A DNA stretch of 64,000 bases, taken from positions 4,768,001 through 4,832,000 of the forward strand of contig JBKAGP010000001.1 in NCBI GenBank assembly GCA_046290465.1, read 5' to 3'. Shown piece after piece: positions 10,104-19,424 of this stretch. Every line of letters starts with the position of its first letter. Positions within the stretch are counted from its first letter, which is position 1. The translations under genes were made by a program, and so were the position numbers. The stretch comes from Planctomycetota bacterium. Lineage in GTDB: Bacteria > Planctomycetota > UBA1135 > UBA2386. The notes beneath the pieces are model-generated. The model did not search any database. It had not been told where the DNA came from and saw nothing but the letters and a program-made list of their open reading frames with translations.

Positions 10104-10916
10104 ATGAAGCGGATCTTCGAAGTCGACGGTGCGGCGATCGCCTGCGCCGAGGAAGGCGACGGCGACGCGTTCGTGCTGGTGCACGGCGCTGGCGCCAACC
10201 GCAACTACTGGCGGGCGCTGGCGACGCAGCTGGTCGCGCGCGGCCGCCGGGCGCTCGCGCCGGATCTGTATGGTCACGGCGAGACGGCTCCGTGGCCGCG
10301 TGCGGCAGAGCGGCCGTATTCGTACCTCGACGACGTCGCCGTGCTCGAACGGCTGACCGCGGAGTTGCCGGAGCCGTTCGTGCTGGTCGGCCATTCGAGC
10401 GGCGGCGCCGTCTCGCTCGAGTTCGCGGCGCGCCATCCGGAGCGCGTGCGCAAGCTGGTGGTCCTCGAGCCGATGCTGCCGACGGTGCTCGACGGTGTCG
10501 ACGACGCGGCGTTCGCCGAGGTTGCCGGGGCGTATCGGCAGGCACACGACGCCGTCGCTGCCGGCGACGACGAGCGGGCGGCGCGGCTGCTGTTCGAGTA
10601 CATCCTGGGCAGCGACGAGTGGCAGCGGCTGCCGTCGGCGACGCGCGCGTGGATGGTGGCGCACGCCGACTGCACCCTGTGCGCGCACAGCCGTGCGTCG
10701 CTGGCGCTGCGGCCGGAGGGGTCGCGCTACGAACGGATCCGCTGTCCGGTGCTGCTGCTGCACGGCGAGCACACGCGGGCTCCGTACCGTCGCATCTGCG
10801 AAGTCGTGGCCCGACGGTTGCCCGACGTGCGGGCGACGGCGATCGTCGGCGCGGCGCACAACGGACCGCTGACGCACACGCGGGAGTTTCACCGCTTGTT
10901 GTTCTCCTTCTGTTGA
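10104..10916 (+). CDS. Alpha/beta hydrolase
   Basis: LVHG, APDLYGHG, GHSSGG nucleophile elbow, C-terminal His (GAAHN). Confidence 0.88.
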   Translation: MKRIFEVDGAAIACAEEGDGDAFVLVHGAGANRNYWRALATQLVARGRRALAPDLYGHGETAPWPRAAERPYSYLDDVAVLERLTAELPEPFVLVGHSSGGAVSLEFAARHPERVRKLVVLEPMLPTVLDGVDDAAFAEVAGAYRQAHDAVAAGDDERAARLLFEYILGSDEWQRLPSATRAWMVAHADCTLCAHSRASLALRPEGSRYERIRCPVLLLHGEHTRAPYRRICEVVARRLPDVRATAIVGAAHNGPLTHTREFHRLLFSFC

Positions 10917-10929
10917 CAACGGGTTGTCA
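10914..10929. promoter_or_regulatory. Operator-like palindrome upstream of the lipid cluster
   Basis: TGACAAC-GG-GTTGTCA perfect inverted repeat, AT-rich relative to background. Confidence 0.45.
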
Positions 10930-11086
10930 CGGCGCGCGCGCCGACCGTTTTCCGTCGCTGCCGCCGTCGGAGACTCGTCGGTCGCGCCCTCTGCGGATCC
11001 GTCTCGGCGCATGGACATGGGGACAGGTCGCGACAACTGGCGGTTCGACAGGGAGGTACGCTAGTTGCTCTCCCGGACGTCTCGCC

Positions 11087-12880
11087 ATGGGAAGCAGGAA
11101 CCCCACAGAGCCGCGGCTCCGCCCCGCGACCGCTGACTCGATCGTGCATCGCCTGCGCCGACATGCCGTTGCGCGTGGCGGCGCGACGGCGTTCCGCCTG
11201 CTGCACGGCGCGTCCGGCGCGTTGTCGCAGCTGAGCTTCGGCCAGCTCGACCGGCTGGTCGACGCGGCCGCGGCCTGGTTGCGGTTCGAGCAGGGCGAAC
11301 GCGTGACGGGCCAACGGGTCGTGCTGCTGTTCGAGCCGGGGCTCGAGTTCGTGGTCGCGTTGCTGGCGTGCATGCGGGCCGGCTGCGTGGCCGTGCCGCT
11401 GCGGCCGCCGCGCACCGACGTCGAACATGCGGCGCTGCAGGGCATCGTGCGCAAGGTCGACGCGCGGCTGCTGCTGGTCGACGCGGCGACGCGCGTGCGC
11501 GGCGTGCATCGCGGTGTCTGCGACGAGGCCGGCTGCAGGCTGCGCGTGCTCGACTGGCTGCAGGATGCGAGCGCGGTCGCGACGATCCTGGCCTGCTGCG
11601 ACGCCGAGGATGCCGACGGCTCCGACGACGCGTTCCTGCAGTTCACGTCGGGCTCGACCGGCGACCCCAAGGGTGTGGTGGTCCGGCACGACCACATCCT
11701 CGCCAACCAGCAGGTGATCGAAGCGGCGTTCGGGCACGACCAGCGCACGACCACGGTCAGCTGGCTGCCGCACTTCCACGACATGGGGCTGATCGGCACG
11801 ATCCTGCAGCCGCTCTACCTCGGCCGCCCGTGCCACCTGATGGCGCCCGCGACGTTCTTGCAGCGGCCGCTGCGCTGGCTGCGCGCGATCGCCGACGCCG
11901 GCTGCGTGACCAGCGGCGGGCCCAACTTCGCGTTCCAGCACTGCGTCACGTCGATCACCGATCGCGAACTCGAGAACGGACCGCCGCTCGATCTGAGCGG
12001 ATGGCGGCTCGCGTTCGTCGGCGCCGAGCCGGTGCGCGCCGAGACGATGCGTCGGTTCGTCGAGCGGTTCGCGCGGTTCGGCTTCGACGCCGGCGCGCTC
12101 TACCCGTGCTACGGCCTGGCCGAGAGCACGCTGATGGTCACCGGCGGCGACGCAGGGCACGGGGTGCGCGCCCGTCTGCTCGATCGCGCGGTGCTCGACC
12201 AGGGGCGCGTGCAGCCGGCCGAACCTGGCGAAGGCTCGGTCGAAGTCGTGTCGTGCGGCCGCGTGCGCGGGGGGCAGCAGGTGGTCGTCGTCGACCCCGA
12301 TCGGCGCATCGCGCTGCCGGACGGTGAGGTCGGGGAGCTGTGGGTGCGAGGGCCGAGCGTCGCCGCCGGCTACTACCAAGACGAGGTGGCGACGCGCGAG
12401 CGCTTCGCGGCGACGCTGCGTGACGACGATCCGGCGCGCTACCTGCGCACCGGCGACCTCGGCTTCGTGCAGGACGGCGAGCTGTTCGTCACCGGCCGGC
12501 TCGGCTCGCGCATCATCCTCAACGGCCGCAAGTTCTACCCGCAGGACGTCGAGGCCGGCATCGCCGCGCTGCACCCGAGCTTCCGTGCCGGCGGCACGGC
12601 GGCGTTCGCGGTGGCGACCGAGACCGGCGCCAACCTGGTCATCGTGCAGGAGGTGCGCGGCCGTCAGGCCCGCGACCTCGATGCCAAGGCCGTGCTGCGC
12701 GCGGCGCGCGCCCAGATCAGTTCGCGGTTCGGCGTGCGGCTGCACGACCTCGTGCTGACCCGCGACTCCCTGCTCCGAACCAGCAGCGGCAAGTTGCGCC
12801 ACGCGCACAACCGACAGTGCTACCTTGGCGGGGGTTTCCGCCGCGTCGCCACCTCGCCTCCACGCGTCGAACATGCCTGA
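11087..12880 (+). CDS. Fatty acyl-AMP ligase (FAAL)
   Basis: FLQFTSGSTGDPKGV, SWLPHFHDMGLIG, GGPNFAF, YPCYGLAESTL, LRTGDLGF, RTSSGK; start at ATG 11087. Confidence 0.92.
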   Translation: MGSRNPTEPRLRPATADSIVHRLRRHAVARGGATAFRLLHGASGALSQLSFGQLDRLVDAAAAWLRFEQGERVTGQRVVLLFEPGLEFVVALLACMRAGCVAVPLRPPRTDVEHAALQGIVRKVDARLLLVDAATRVRGVHRGVCDEAGCRLRVLDWLQDASAVATILACCDAEDADGSDDAFLQFTSGSTGDPKGVVVRHDHILANQQVIEAAFGHDQRTTTVSWLPHFHDMGLIGTILQPLYLGRPCHLMAPATFLQRPLRWLRAIADAGCVTSGGPNFAFQHCVTSITDRELENGPPLDLSGWRLAFVGAEPVRAETMRRFVERFARFGFDAGALYPCYGLAESTLMVTGGDAGHGVRARLLDRAVLDQGRVQPAEPGEGSVEVVSCGRVRGGQQVVVVDPDRRIALPDGEVGELWVRGPSVAAGYYQDEVATRERFAATLRDDDPARYLRTGDLGFVQDGELFVTGRLGSRIILNGRKFYPQDVEAGIAALHPSFRAGGTAAFAVATETGANLVIVQEVRGRQARDLDAKAVLRAARAQISSRFGVRLHDLVLTRDSLLRTSSGKLRHAHNRQCYLGGGFRRVATSPPRVEHA

Positions 12881-13937
12881 GACCGTGTCCGATTCCATCG
12901 ACCGCCCCGTCGCCGGGCGCGGCGTCGACCGCCTGCTCGCCGCGGTCGTGACCTTCGTGCCGCCGCTCGGCGCGATCCTCGCGATCGTGCTGTGGACGCA
13001 GGGACTCGCGCCCGGCTGGGTCGAGATCGGCTCGATGCTGCTGATGCACGCGATCGCGCTGGTCGGCGTCGAGGTCGGCTTCCACCGCTTATTCGCGCAC
13101 CGGTCGTTCGAACCGCATCGCTACGTCAAGGTCGCGCTGGCAATGATGGGGTCGACCGCGTTCCAGGGACCGGTGATCTGGTGGGCGTCGATCCACCGCA
13201 AGCACCACCAGTACTCGGACCAGCCGGGCGACCCGCACTCGATGTACCTCGGTGGCCCCGGTCTGCTGGCGCGGCTGAAGGGCGCGGTGCACTCGCACAT
13301 CGGTTGGATCTGGCGCGCCGAGAGCGTCGGCCGCGGCGGCTTCCAGCGCTACGCCAAGGACCTGTATCGCGACGCCGACGTGCTCGCGATCCACATGCAC
13401 TACCTGCGCTACCTGGTGCTCGGCATGCTGATCCCGGCCGGCATCGGCGCGATCGCCTACGGCACCCTGCAAGGTGCGGCGCTCGGCTTCCTGTGGGGTG
13501 GTCTGGTGCGCGTGTTCGTGATGAACCACCTGACCTACTGGTGCATCAACTCGGTCACCCACGCGCTGGGCCGCCGGCCGTACCCGACCCGGGACCGCAG
13601 CACCAACTTCGCGTTGCTGAGCATCCCGACGCTCGGCCAGAGCTGGCACAACAACCACCACGCGGACCAGACCTCGGCGTTCATGAACCACCGTTGGTGG
13701 CAACTGGATCTCGGCGGCCTGTTGATCGGCGCGCTCGAGCGCGTCGGCCTGGTCCGCAACGCGCGGCGCCCCAACCGCGAGCGCCTGGCGGCTCTCGTCG
13801 GTGCACCGCACGCCGACCCCGACGAGACGTCCATCGACGGTTCGGCCCACCCCGGATCCGCGGTCGAGCCGACCGACCCGATCGCCTCGTTGCCGGGAGC
13901 AACGAGCGACCCCCGACTTCGCAAGCAAGCACGATGA
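12873..13937 (+). CDS. Membrane fatty-acyl desaturase, delta-9/JamB-like
   Basis: Three His boxes HRLFAH, HRKHH, WHNNHH; HSHIGW, FLWGGLVR, CINSVTH; overlaps the FAAL stop. Confidence 0.9.
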   Translation: MPETVSDSIDRPVAGRGVDRLLAAVVTFVPPLGAILAIVLWTQGLAPGWVEIGSMLLMHAIALVGVEVGFHRLFAHRSFEPHRYVKVALAMMGSTAFQGPVIWWASIHRKHHQYSDQPGDPHSMYLGGPGLLARLKGAVHSHIGWIWRAESVGRGGFQRYAKDLYRDADVLAIHMHYLRYLVLGMLIPAGIGAIAYGTLQGAALGFLWGGLVRVFVMNHLTYWCINSVTHALGRRPYPTRDRSTNFALLSIPTLGQSWHNNHHADQTSAFMNHRWWQLDLGGLLIGALERVGLVRNARRPNRERLAALVGAPHADPDETSIDGSAHPGSAVEPTDPIASLPGATSDPRLRKQAR

Positions 13938-14218
13938 ACCCCAACGACAACCAGAAGGACCAGACGCCGCTGCAGCAGTGGCTGATCGGCGAGGTGGCCC
14001 GCCGGCTCGAGGTCGGCCCCGAACAGATCGACGCCGACGCCGAGTTCGACGAGTTCGGCCTCGACTCGGTGCAGGCCGTCGCGCTGAGCGGCGCGCTCTC
14101 CGATCGCGTCGGCGAGGAGCTGCCGGCGACGCTGCTCTACGAGCACCAGAGCATCCGCGCGCTCGCCAGCCACCTGGCCGCGCAGTACCCGCACGCGTGC
14201 GGCGTGGAGCAGAACTGA
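13934..14218 (+). CDS. Acyl carrier protein
   Basis: 94-aa acidic protein with FGLDSV phosphopantetheine site; ATGA overlap with the desaturase. Confidence 0.92.
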   Translation: MNPNDNQKDQTPLQQWLIGEVARRLEVGPEQIDADAEFDEFGLDSVQAVALSGALSDRVGEELPATLLYEHQSIRALASHLAAQYPHACGVEQN

Positions 14219-15150
14219 TGGCTGCGCAGACTGATCCGCTGGGCGATCCGCAGGCTACCGGTGGCGCGCAGGCGCAGCCCGGCGCGACCGCGCGCGCCAT
14301 CCAGCAGCACTACGACCTGAGCAACGACTTCTACGCGCTCTGGCTCGATCCGGGCATGGTCTACTCCGGCGCCAAATGGGCCGAGGGCGACGACCTCGAG
14401 CGCGCGCAGGTGCGCAAGCTCGACCACCACGTGCGCGAGTCGGGGGCGCGCGGCAAGCGCCGTGTGCTCGACATCGGCTGTGGCTGGGGCACGATGCTCG
14501 AACACCTGACCGAGCGCAACGACGTGCAGCAGGCCGTCGGCCTGACGCTCAGCCAGGCGCAGCACGACTACATCGCGACCCGCCGGCTGTCGCGCGCCGA
14601 GGCGCGCGTCGAGAGTTGGGCCGACCACCAGCCGGACGAACCGTACGACGCGATCATCTCGATCGGCGCGTTCGAGCACTTCGCGCGGCTCGACATGGAC
14701 GAGCAGCAGAAGGTGCAGGCCTACGCCGCGTTCTTCCGCAAGTGCTGGCACCTGCTCGGGCGCGACGGGCGGATGAGCCTGCAGACGTTCGCCTACGGCT
14801 CCGGCCGGCCTCGCCAGCAGGCGATCGACGACCCGTCGACGCGCTTCCTGGCGGCCGAGATCTTCCAGGAGACCGACCCGCCGACGCTCGCCAACATCGC
14901 CGACGCCGCGGTCGGCACGTTCGAGGTGGTCGCGCTCGAGAACGACCGCACCGGCTACGCGCGCACCTGCAAGGAGTGGTCGGAGCGGCTGCGCAAGACC
15001 CGCGAGCAGGCGATCGCGATCGTCGGCGAGGAGGCCTACGAGCGCTACCAGCGCTACCTCAACTACGCGTTCGTCGGCTTCCACACCGGCAACCTCGACC
15101 TCTACCGGATCACGCTGCAGCGCACCCGTCGCCTGCGCGCCGAGGGATGA
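14218..15150 (+). CDS. CFA/mycolic-acid-synthase family SAM methyltransferase
   Basis: HYDLSNDFY, LDIGCGWG, GLTLS, SIGAFEHF, EEAYERY; short form lacking the N-terminal domain of E. coli Cfa; TGATG overlap with the ACP. Confidence 0.9.
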   Translation: MAAQTDPLGDPQATGGAQAQPGATARAIQQHYDLSNDFYALWLDPGMVYSGAKWAEGDDLERAQVRKLDHHVRESGARGKRRVLDIGCGWGTMLEHLTERNDVQQAVGLTLSQAQHDYIATRRLSRAEARVESWADHQPDEPYDAIISIGAFEHFARLDMDEQQKVQAYAAFFRKCWHLLGRDGRMSLQTFAYGSGRPRQQAIDDPSTRFLAAEIFQETDPPTLANIADAAVGTFEVVALENDRTGYARTCKEWSERLRKTREQAIAIVGEEAYERYQRYLNYAFVGFHTGNLDLYRITLQRTRRLRAEG

Positions 15151-16016
15151 TGGAACCGTCGTCCGGAGCGGAGGCGGCGGCGTTGCCGGAGCAGGTCGTC
15201 GGCGCCTACACGCAGCGCTACCCGCTGCGGCACGACGAGCTCGGCGCGGGCGGCTACTTCCTGCCAGCACCGCTGGTCGGCGTGCTGCAGGAGGCCGCCG
15301 TCGACGGTTCCGCATCGCGCGGCTTCCCGCTGCCGTACTACCACCGCGAACGGGCGTTCTGGATGCTGCGGCGGATCTCGTTCTGCTACCGGCGACCGCT
15401 GCGTCACGACGACCAGCTGATGGTGACGACGTGGGTCTCGCGGGTCGGCAAGACCAGCCCGACGCGCGAATACCGGATGCAGACCGCCAGCGGCGAGCCG
15501 ATCGCCAGGGTGCGCACGTTCTGGGTCTACGTCGACGTGACGACCGGCCGTTCGAAGGACATCCCCGACGACCTGCGCGCCGGCTTCGCGCCGACCGACG
15601 AGCCGCTCGAGCAGGTGCTCGACGTCCCCGGCGGTTCGCTCGACCCGGCCGCGCCGACGATCGAACGGACCTGCGACGCGAGCTGGAGCGATGTCGACTG
15701 GTCCGGCCACGTCAAGTGCTGCAGCTACGTGCGCTGGCTCGAGGACCTGCTCACCGACACGTTCGTGCGTGCGGGCGAACGTCCGGGGGTGACCGGCCTG
15801 ACCAGCTTCGACCTGCAGTTCCTGGCCGCGACCAAGGCGGGCGACCGGCTGTCGCTGCGCGCGCAGGCGGGAGCGGCGTGGAAGGCCGAACTCGCGACCG
15901 ACCAGGGACAGGTCGTCGCGCTCGCGACGCTGTGGCCGATGCAGGTGGACCGCCGCCTGACGACGTTCGCGCCGGTCGCGGCCGAACGGCTCGCGCAGAT
16001 CCGCGCCGCGACCTAG
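15147..16016 (+). CDS. Acyl-ACP thioesterase (double hotdog fold)
   Basis: LQEAA...W...RPL...VTTW...TFWVYVD; SDVDWSGHV...YVRWLED. Confidence 0.8.
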   Translation: MMEPSSGAEAAALPEQVVGAYTQRYPLRHDELGAGGYFLPAPLVGVLQEAAVDGSASRGFPLPYYHRERAFWMLRRISFCYRRPLRHDDQLMVTTWVSRVGKTSPTREYRMQTASGEPIARVRTFWVYVDVTTGRSKDIPDDLRAGFAPTDEPLEQVLDVPGGSLDPAAPTIERTCDASWSDVDWSGHVKCCSYVRWLEDLLTDTFVRAGERPGVTGLTSFDLQFLAATKAGDRLSLRAQAGAAWKAELATDQGQVVALATLWPMQVDRRLTTFAPVAAERLAQIRAAT

Positions 16017-16051
16017 ACCGACGACTCCAACAAGATCGAGACCGAGACCGC

Positions 16052-17053
16052 ATGCTTGCCCAGGGATACTGCATCCGCCTGTCGACCGACGACGACTGCG
16101 AGGCCATCTGCGAGCTGATGCGTCGCGCCTTCGACTACGGCGACGGCTCCAACGAGTCGCTCAACGCCGGCTGGTGGAACTGGAAGTACCGCGCCAACCC
16201 ACGCGGTCGCTACAGCATCGTCTGCGAAGGTCCCGAGGGCCGGCTGCTCGGCCACTACGGCGGCGTGCCGTCGCGGGTGTGGGTCGAGGGGCGACCGGTG
16301 ACCTTCGGCCAGAACTGCGATTCGTGCTCCGACCCCGAGGTGCGGCGCGGGCTGCGCAACCCGGGGCTGTTCGTGCGCCTGGCGCAGGCCTACGCGTCGA
16401 GCTTCTCCGGCCTCGAGGACAACTCGACGATGTACGGGCTGCCGATCCGCTCCGCGCACCGCATCGGGTCGAAGTACCTCGACTACTGGCTGGCGCGCAG
16501 CCAGCTCGGGTTCGTGCTCTCGGACACCAGCCGGCTGCCGGCGCGCGACGAACAGCTCGAGGTGCAGCCGATCGACGCGTTGCCCGACGACCTCGACGCG
16601 TTCCTGACGGCCAACCGCGAGCACCATCGCTGCCGCTCCGAACGTTCCGCCGAGTTCTACCAGTGGCGGTTCGTCAGCAACCCGCTGACGCGCTACCAGC
16701 TGGCGGTGCTGCGCGACCGCACCGGTGCGCTGCGCGGCGCCGCCGTCTACCGCAGCGCGCACTTCATGGGTCGCGACCTCGGCCTGCTGGTCGACCTGGT
16801 CGCCGCGCCCGACGACGACGCGGCGGCGGTCGAACTGGTGCGCTGGTCGACCGACCGCGCCGCGGCCGAGGGGCAGCAGGGCGTGTTCTTTCTGGCGGCG
16901 CCACCGTGGCCGTGGTTCGCGGCGATGCAGCAGTGGGGCTTTCGCGCCGAGACCACCGACTACGTGCTGGCCGCCCGGACCTACGCGAGCGTCGAGCCGG
17001 CGTTCCTGCGCGACCACTGGGTCTACACGCTGGCCGACTTCGACATCCTCTGA
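16052..17053 (+). CDS. GNAT-family acyltransferase (tandem GNAT)
   Basis: WWNWKYRANP, LLGHYG, DPEVRRG...GLF, YGLP, YQWRFVSNP...Y, C-terminal ADFD. Confidence 0.75.
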   Translation: MLAQGYCIRLSTDDDCEAICELMRRAFDYGDGSNESLNAGWWNWKYRANPRGRYSIVCEGPEGRLLGHYGGVPSRVWVEGRPVTFGQNCDSCSDPEVRRGLRNPGLFVRLAQAYASSFSGLEDNSTMYGLPIRSAHRIGSKYLDYWLARSQLGFVLSDTSRLPARDEQLEVQPIDALPDDLDAFLTANREHHRCRSERSAEFYQWRFVSNPLTRYQLAVLRDRTGALRGAAVYRSAHFMGRDLGLLVDLVAAPDDDAAAVELVRWSTDRAAAEGQQGVFFLAAPPWPWFAAMQQWGFRAETTDYVLAARTYASVEPAFLRDHWVYTLADFDIL

Positions 17054-17065
17054 TCCCGACACGCC

Positions 17066-18088
17066 ATGTATCGCCTACGTGACTTCGAAGCGGCCGACCT
17101 GTCGACGATCGAGCGCGAGCTGCCTTCCCACGCCGAGATCGCGCGCGAGCTGCGCGGCCAGCCGGCACCGCTGCACGGTCTGATCGTGCACGACCCGCGC
17201 GACCGCGTCGTCGGGCTGCTGGTCGCCGTGCGTCACGAGCTGGTGACCAACACGCGCACGATCGGCCTCGGCATCGTGCGGTTGGCCTACATCCAGGAGC
17301 AGGCGCGGATCGGCGGCGTGCACAGCATGCTGCACGAGCTGGACACGGCGTTCGCCGAGCGCTTCGAAGGGCCGGACAAGGTGTTCCAGGCGATGATCGC
17401 GCAGTGGCACGAGCAAGACGTCTGGTGCCTGCGGCGCCTGCGCAACTACGAACCGATCGCGCAGAGCCTGTCGTTCGTCGGGCGCGTGCGCGGCATCGAG
17501 GCGCCCGCCGACGTCGCGGTGCGCGAGCTGACCGCGGCAGATCTGGACGCCGACGGCGGCATCACCTTCGACGCAGGTCCCGACATGGGCATGCGGCGAA
17601 CGGCCGCGATGCTGCGCGCCGCGGCGGCGCGCGACGGTCGCCGCGCCTGGGTCCTGCAGCGCGGCCGGGCGGTGCTGGGCTGGGCGGCGCGGCGGCTCGA
17701 CGGCGCCGAGGCGGTGGTCGAGGCGCACTGGATCCCGTGGTACGACGCACCGCTGGCGGCGGCGTTGGTCGCGCCGATGATGGCCGACGCCGAGGCGCTG
17801 CGGGTCACGCGTTGGACGTCGGACCCCAACGAGTTCGCGGGCATGCAGGACGTCGGCCTGTGCGTGTCGGGGCCCGAGCGCGTCGTCAGCGCGCGGGTCA
17901 GCGCGTTCGGCATGGCGCCGCCGAGCCTGGCCGACTTCGCCAGCCTCGGGGTCGCCGACGTCGGCGACGAACCGCTGCCGCAGCTGTCCTACAACGAACG
18001 CATCACCACGCCGCCGCCGCCGGGCACGCCGAGCACGCGCGGCGACCACCGCCGCAGCACCGGCACCTGCAAGTTCGAATCCCGATGA
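17066..18088 (+). CDS. Divergent GNAT-like protein
   Basis: Same length and layout as the upstream GNAT (YRLRDFE, VVGLL, RRTAAML); motifs weak. Confidence 0.5.
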   Translation: MYRLRDFEAADLSTIERELPSHAEIARELRGQPAPLHGLIVHDPRDRVVGLLVAVRHELVTNTRTIGLGIVRLAYIQEQARIGGVHSMLHELDTAFAERFEGPDKVFQAMIAQWHEQDVWCLRRLRNYEPIAQSLSFVGRVRGIEAPADVAVRELTAADLDADGGITFDAGPDMGMRRTAAMLRAAAARDGRRAWVLQRGRAVLGWAARRLDGAEAVVEAHWIPWYDAPLAAALVAPMMADAEALRVTRWTSDPNEFAGMQDVGLCVSGPERVVSARVSAFGMAPPSLADFASLGVADVGDEPLPQLSYNERITTPPPPGTPSTRGDHRRSTGTCKFESR

Positions 18089-18618
18089 GCCAGCCAACCG
18101 AACCGAACCCAGCAGCACCGGATCCAGCAGAACCGGAGGATGGCGAGGAGCAGCGCCGGCGCGAGGTCGCCGCGCGCATGATCGTCACGCTCGACGGGCT
18201 GTGGTTCCGCAGCGTGCTCGAGGCGCTCGGGCCCGAGAAGACGCTGGCGATGGACATCCAGGTGTTCCAGCGCCAGTTCAAGATCGCGACGCGGGTGATC
18301 CGCGAGCGGTTCGGCCTCGATGGTGAGAGCCGCGCCGACAAGGCCAGGGTGTTCGAGGAGATGGCGCGCCTCTACGGCCACCGCTTCGAGGTGTTCGACG
18401 ACGGCGGTTCGGTCACGATGCGCCTGCACCGCTGCGGCTTCCTGCAGGCGCTGCGCGCGGCCGGCGTGACCGACCACGACTGCCGTGTCGTCTGCCGCGC
18501 GCTGCAGCCGGCCTGGTTCGGCGAGATGGAGCCGCGCACCAACGGCAAGGGCGAGCTTCGGCTCGGGTTGCCGGACGACTCGGGGCCGTGCGACTGGTCG
18601 ATCGAGCAGCCCGAGTAG
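18085..18618 (+). CDS. DUF6125 / V4R-like Cys-containing small protein
   Basis: TLDGLWF motif, four Cys (CGF, DCRVVC, PCDW); ATGA overlap. Confidence 0.65.
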   Translation: MSQPTEPNPAAPDPAEPEDGEEQRRREVAARMIVTLDGLWFRSVLEALGPEKTLAMDIQVFQRQFKIATRVIRERFGLDGESRADKARVFEEMARLYGHRFEVFDDGGSVTMRLHRCGFLQALRAAGVTDHDCRVVCRALQPAWFGEMEPRTNGKGELRLGLPDDSGPCDWSIEQPE

Positions 18619-18783
18619 TCGCTGGTCTTGTCGGGTGTGGGGGAGGGGCCGCCCGCTGCGCCGCGCTCCGTCCGCCCGGCGCGAGTCGACCGCGCGCGAA
18701 GGATCCGCGCGAAGGTCGACGGGGGCGAATCGACGGGGGGCGGTCGCGGCCCGTGCGGCCGCGACGTCGCTCGCGAAGATGGC

Positions 18784-19221
18784 CTACTTGGCCTTCTTCT
18801 TGAACGTCATCGTCATTTCCTTGCCGCCCTGCTTCTCGACGAGCGTCAGCGTACCGTCCTTGTAGGTCAGCGTGCGCGCATCGTCCTTGCCGTCTTCCTT
18901 CGCGACGATGGTCATCTTGTCGCCCTCGAGCTTCCAGGTGCCGGTCGTCTTGTCTTCCGTGGGTTCGCCGCCCGCCGGGTTCGGCATCATCATCGACATC
19001 TCGGCCGAGCCGTCGGCCTTGAGGGTCATCGTGCCCTTCATGCCTTCGGCCATCTTCTTGATCATCGGCTTCGCCGCTTCCGGCGCGCCTTCCAGCATCT
19101 GGGCTTCCATGGCCTTGGCGTCGAGCTCGTAGACACCGGTGCCGGCGGGCTCGCCCGCGCCACAGCTGGCGAGCATGGTCAGGGCGAGGGCAGTCAGAAT
19201 CGTCGTCAGGATCTTCTTCAT
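18784..19221 (-). CDS. Lipoprotein, small beta-barrel (lipocalin-like)
   Basis: MKKILT...MLASC lipobox; GTWKLEGDK. Confidence 0.8.
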   Translation of the reverse strand: MKKILTTILTALALTMLASCGAGEPAGTGVYELDAKAMEAQMLEGAPEAAKPMIKKMAEGMKGTMTLKADGSAEMSMMMPNPAGGEPTEDKTTGTWKLEGDKMTIVAKEDGKDDARTLTYKDGTLTLVEKQGGKEMTMTFKKKAK

Positions 19222-19358
19222 GCCGGAGAGCATGGCGAGGCGGCATGCCGCTCGCCACGAACGATCTGTCGGGTTCGGAAGAAACTCGATGAGGATTGCC
19301 GGTTTCGGCCTGCCGCGGGCCCGGGGGGGACGTTTCCGGCACAATGAACGGGCGCCCA

Positions 19359-19408
19359 ATCCCCAGCTCGTCGAACCCCAGCTCTGTGATCCCCAGCTTG
19401 TGATCCCC
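19359..19408. repeat. Imperfect ~15-bp tandem repeat between divergent genes
   Basis: A(T/A)CCCCAGCT...G three times plus a partial ATCCCC. Confidence 0.7.
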
Positions 19409-19424
19409 TGGGCGCCGCCCCCCC

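Noticed and set aside
10913..10918. TTGACA as the sigma-70 -35 box of the lipid cluster
   Set aside because: No -10-like hexamer 16-18 nt downstream; kept only as part of the palindrome.
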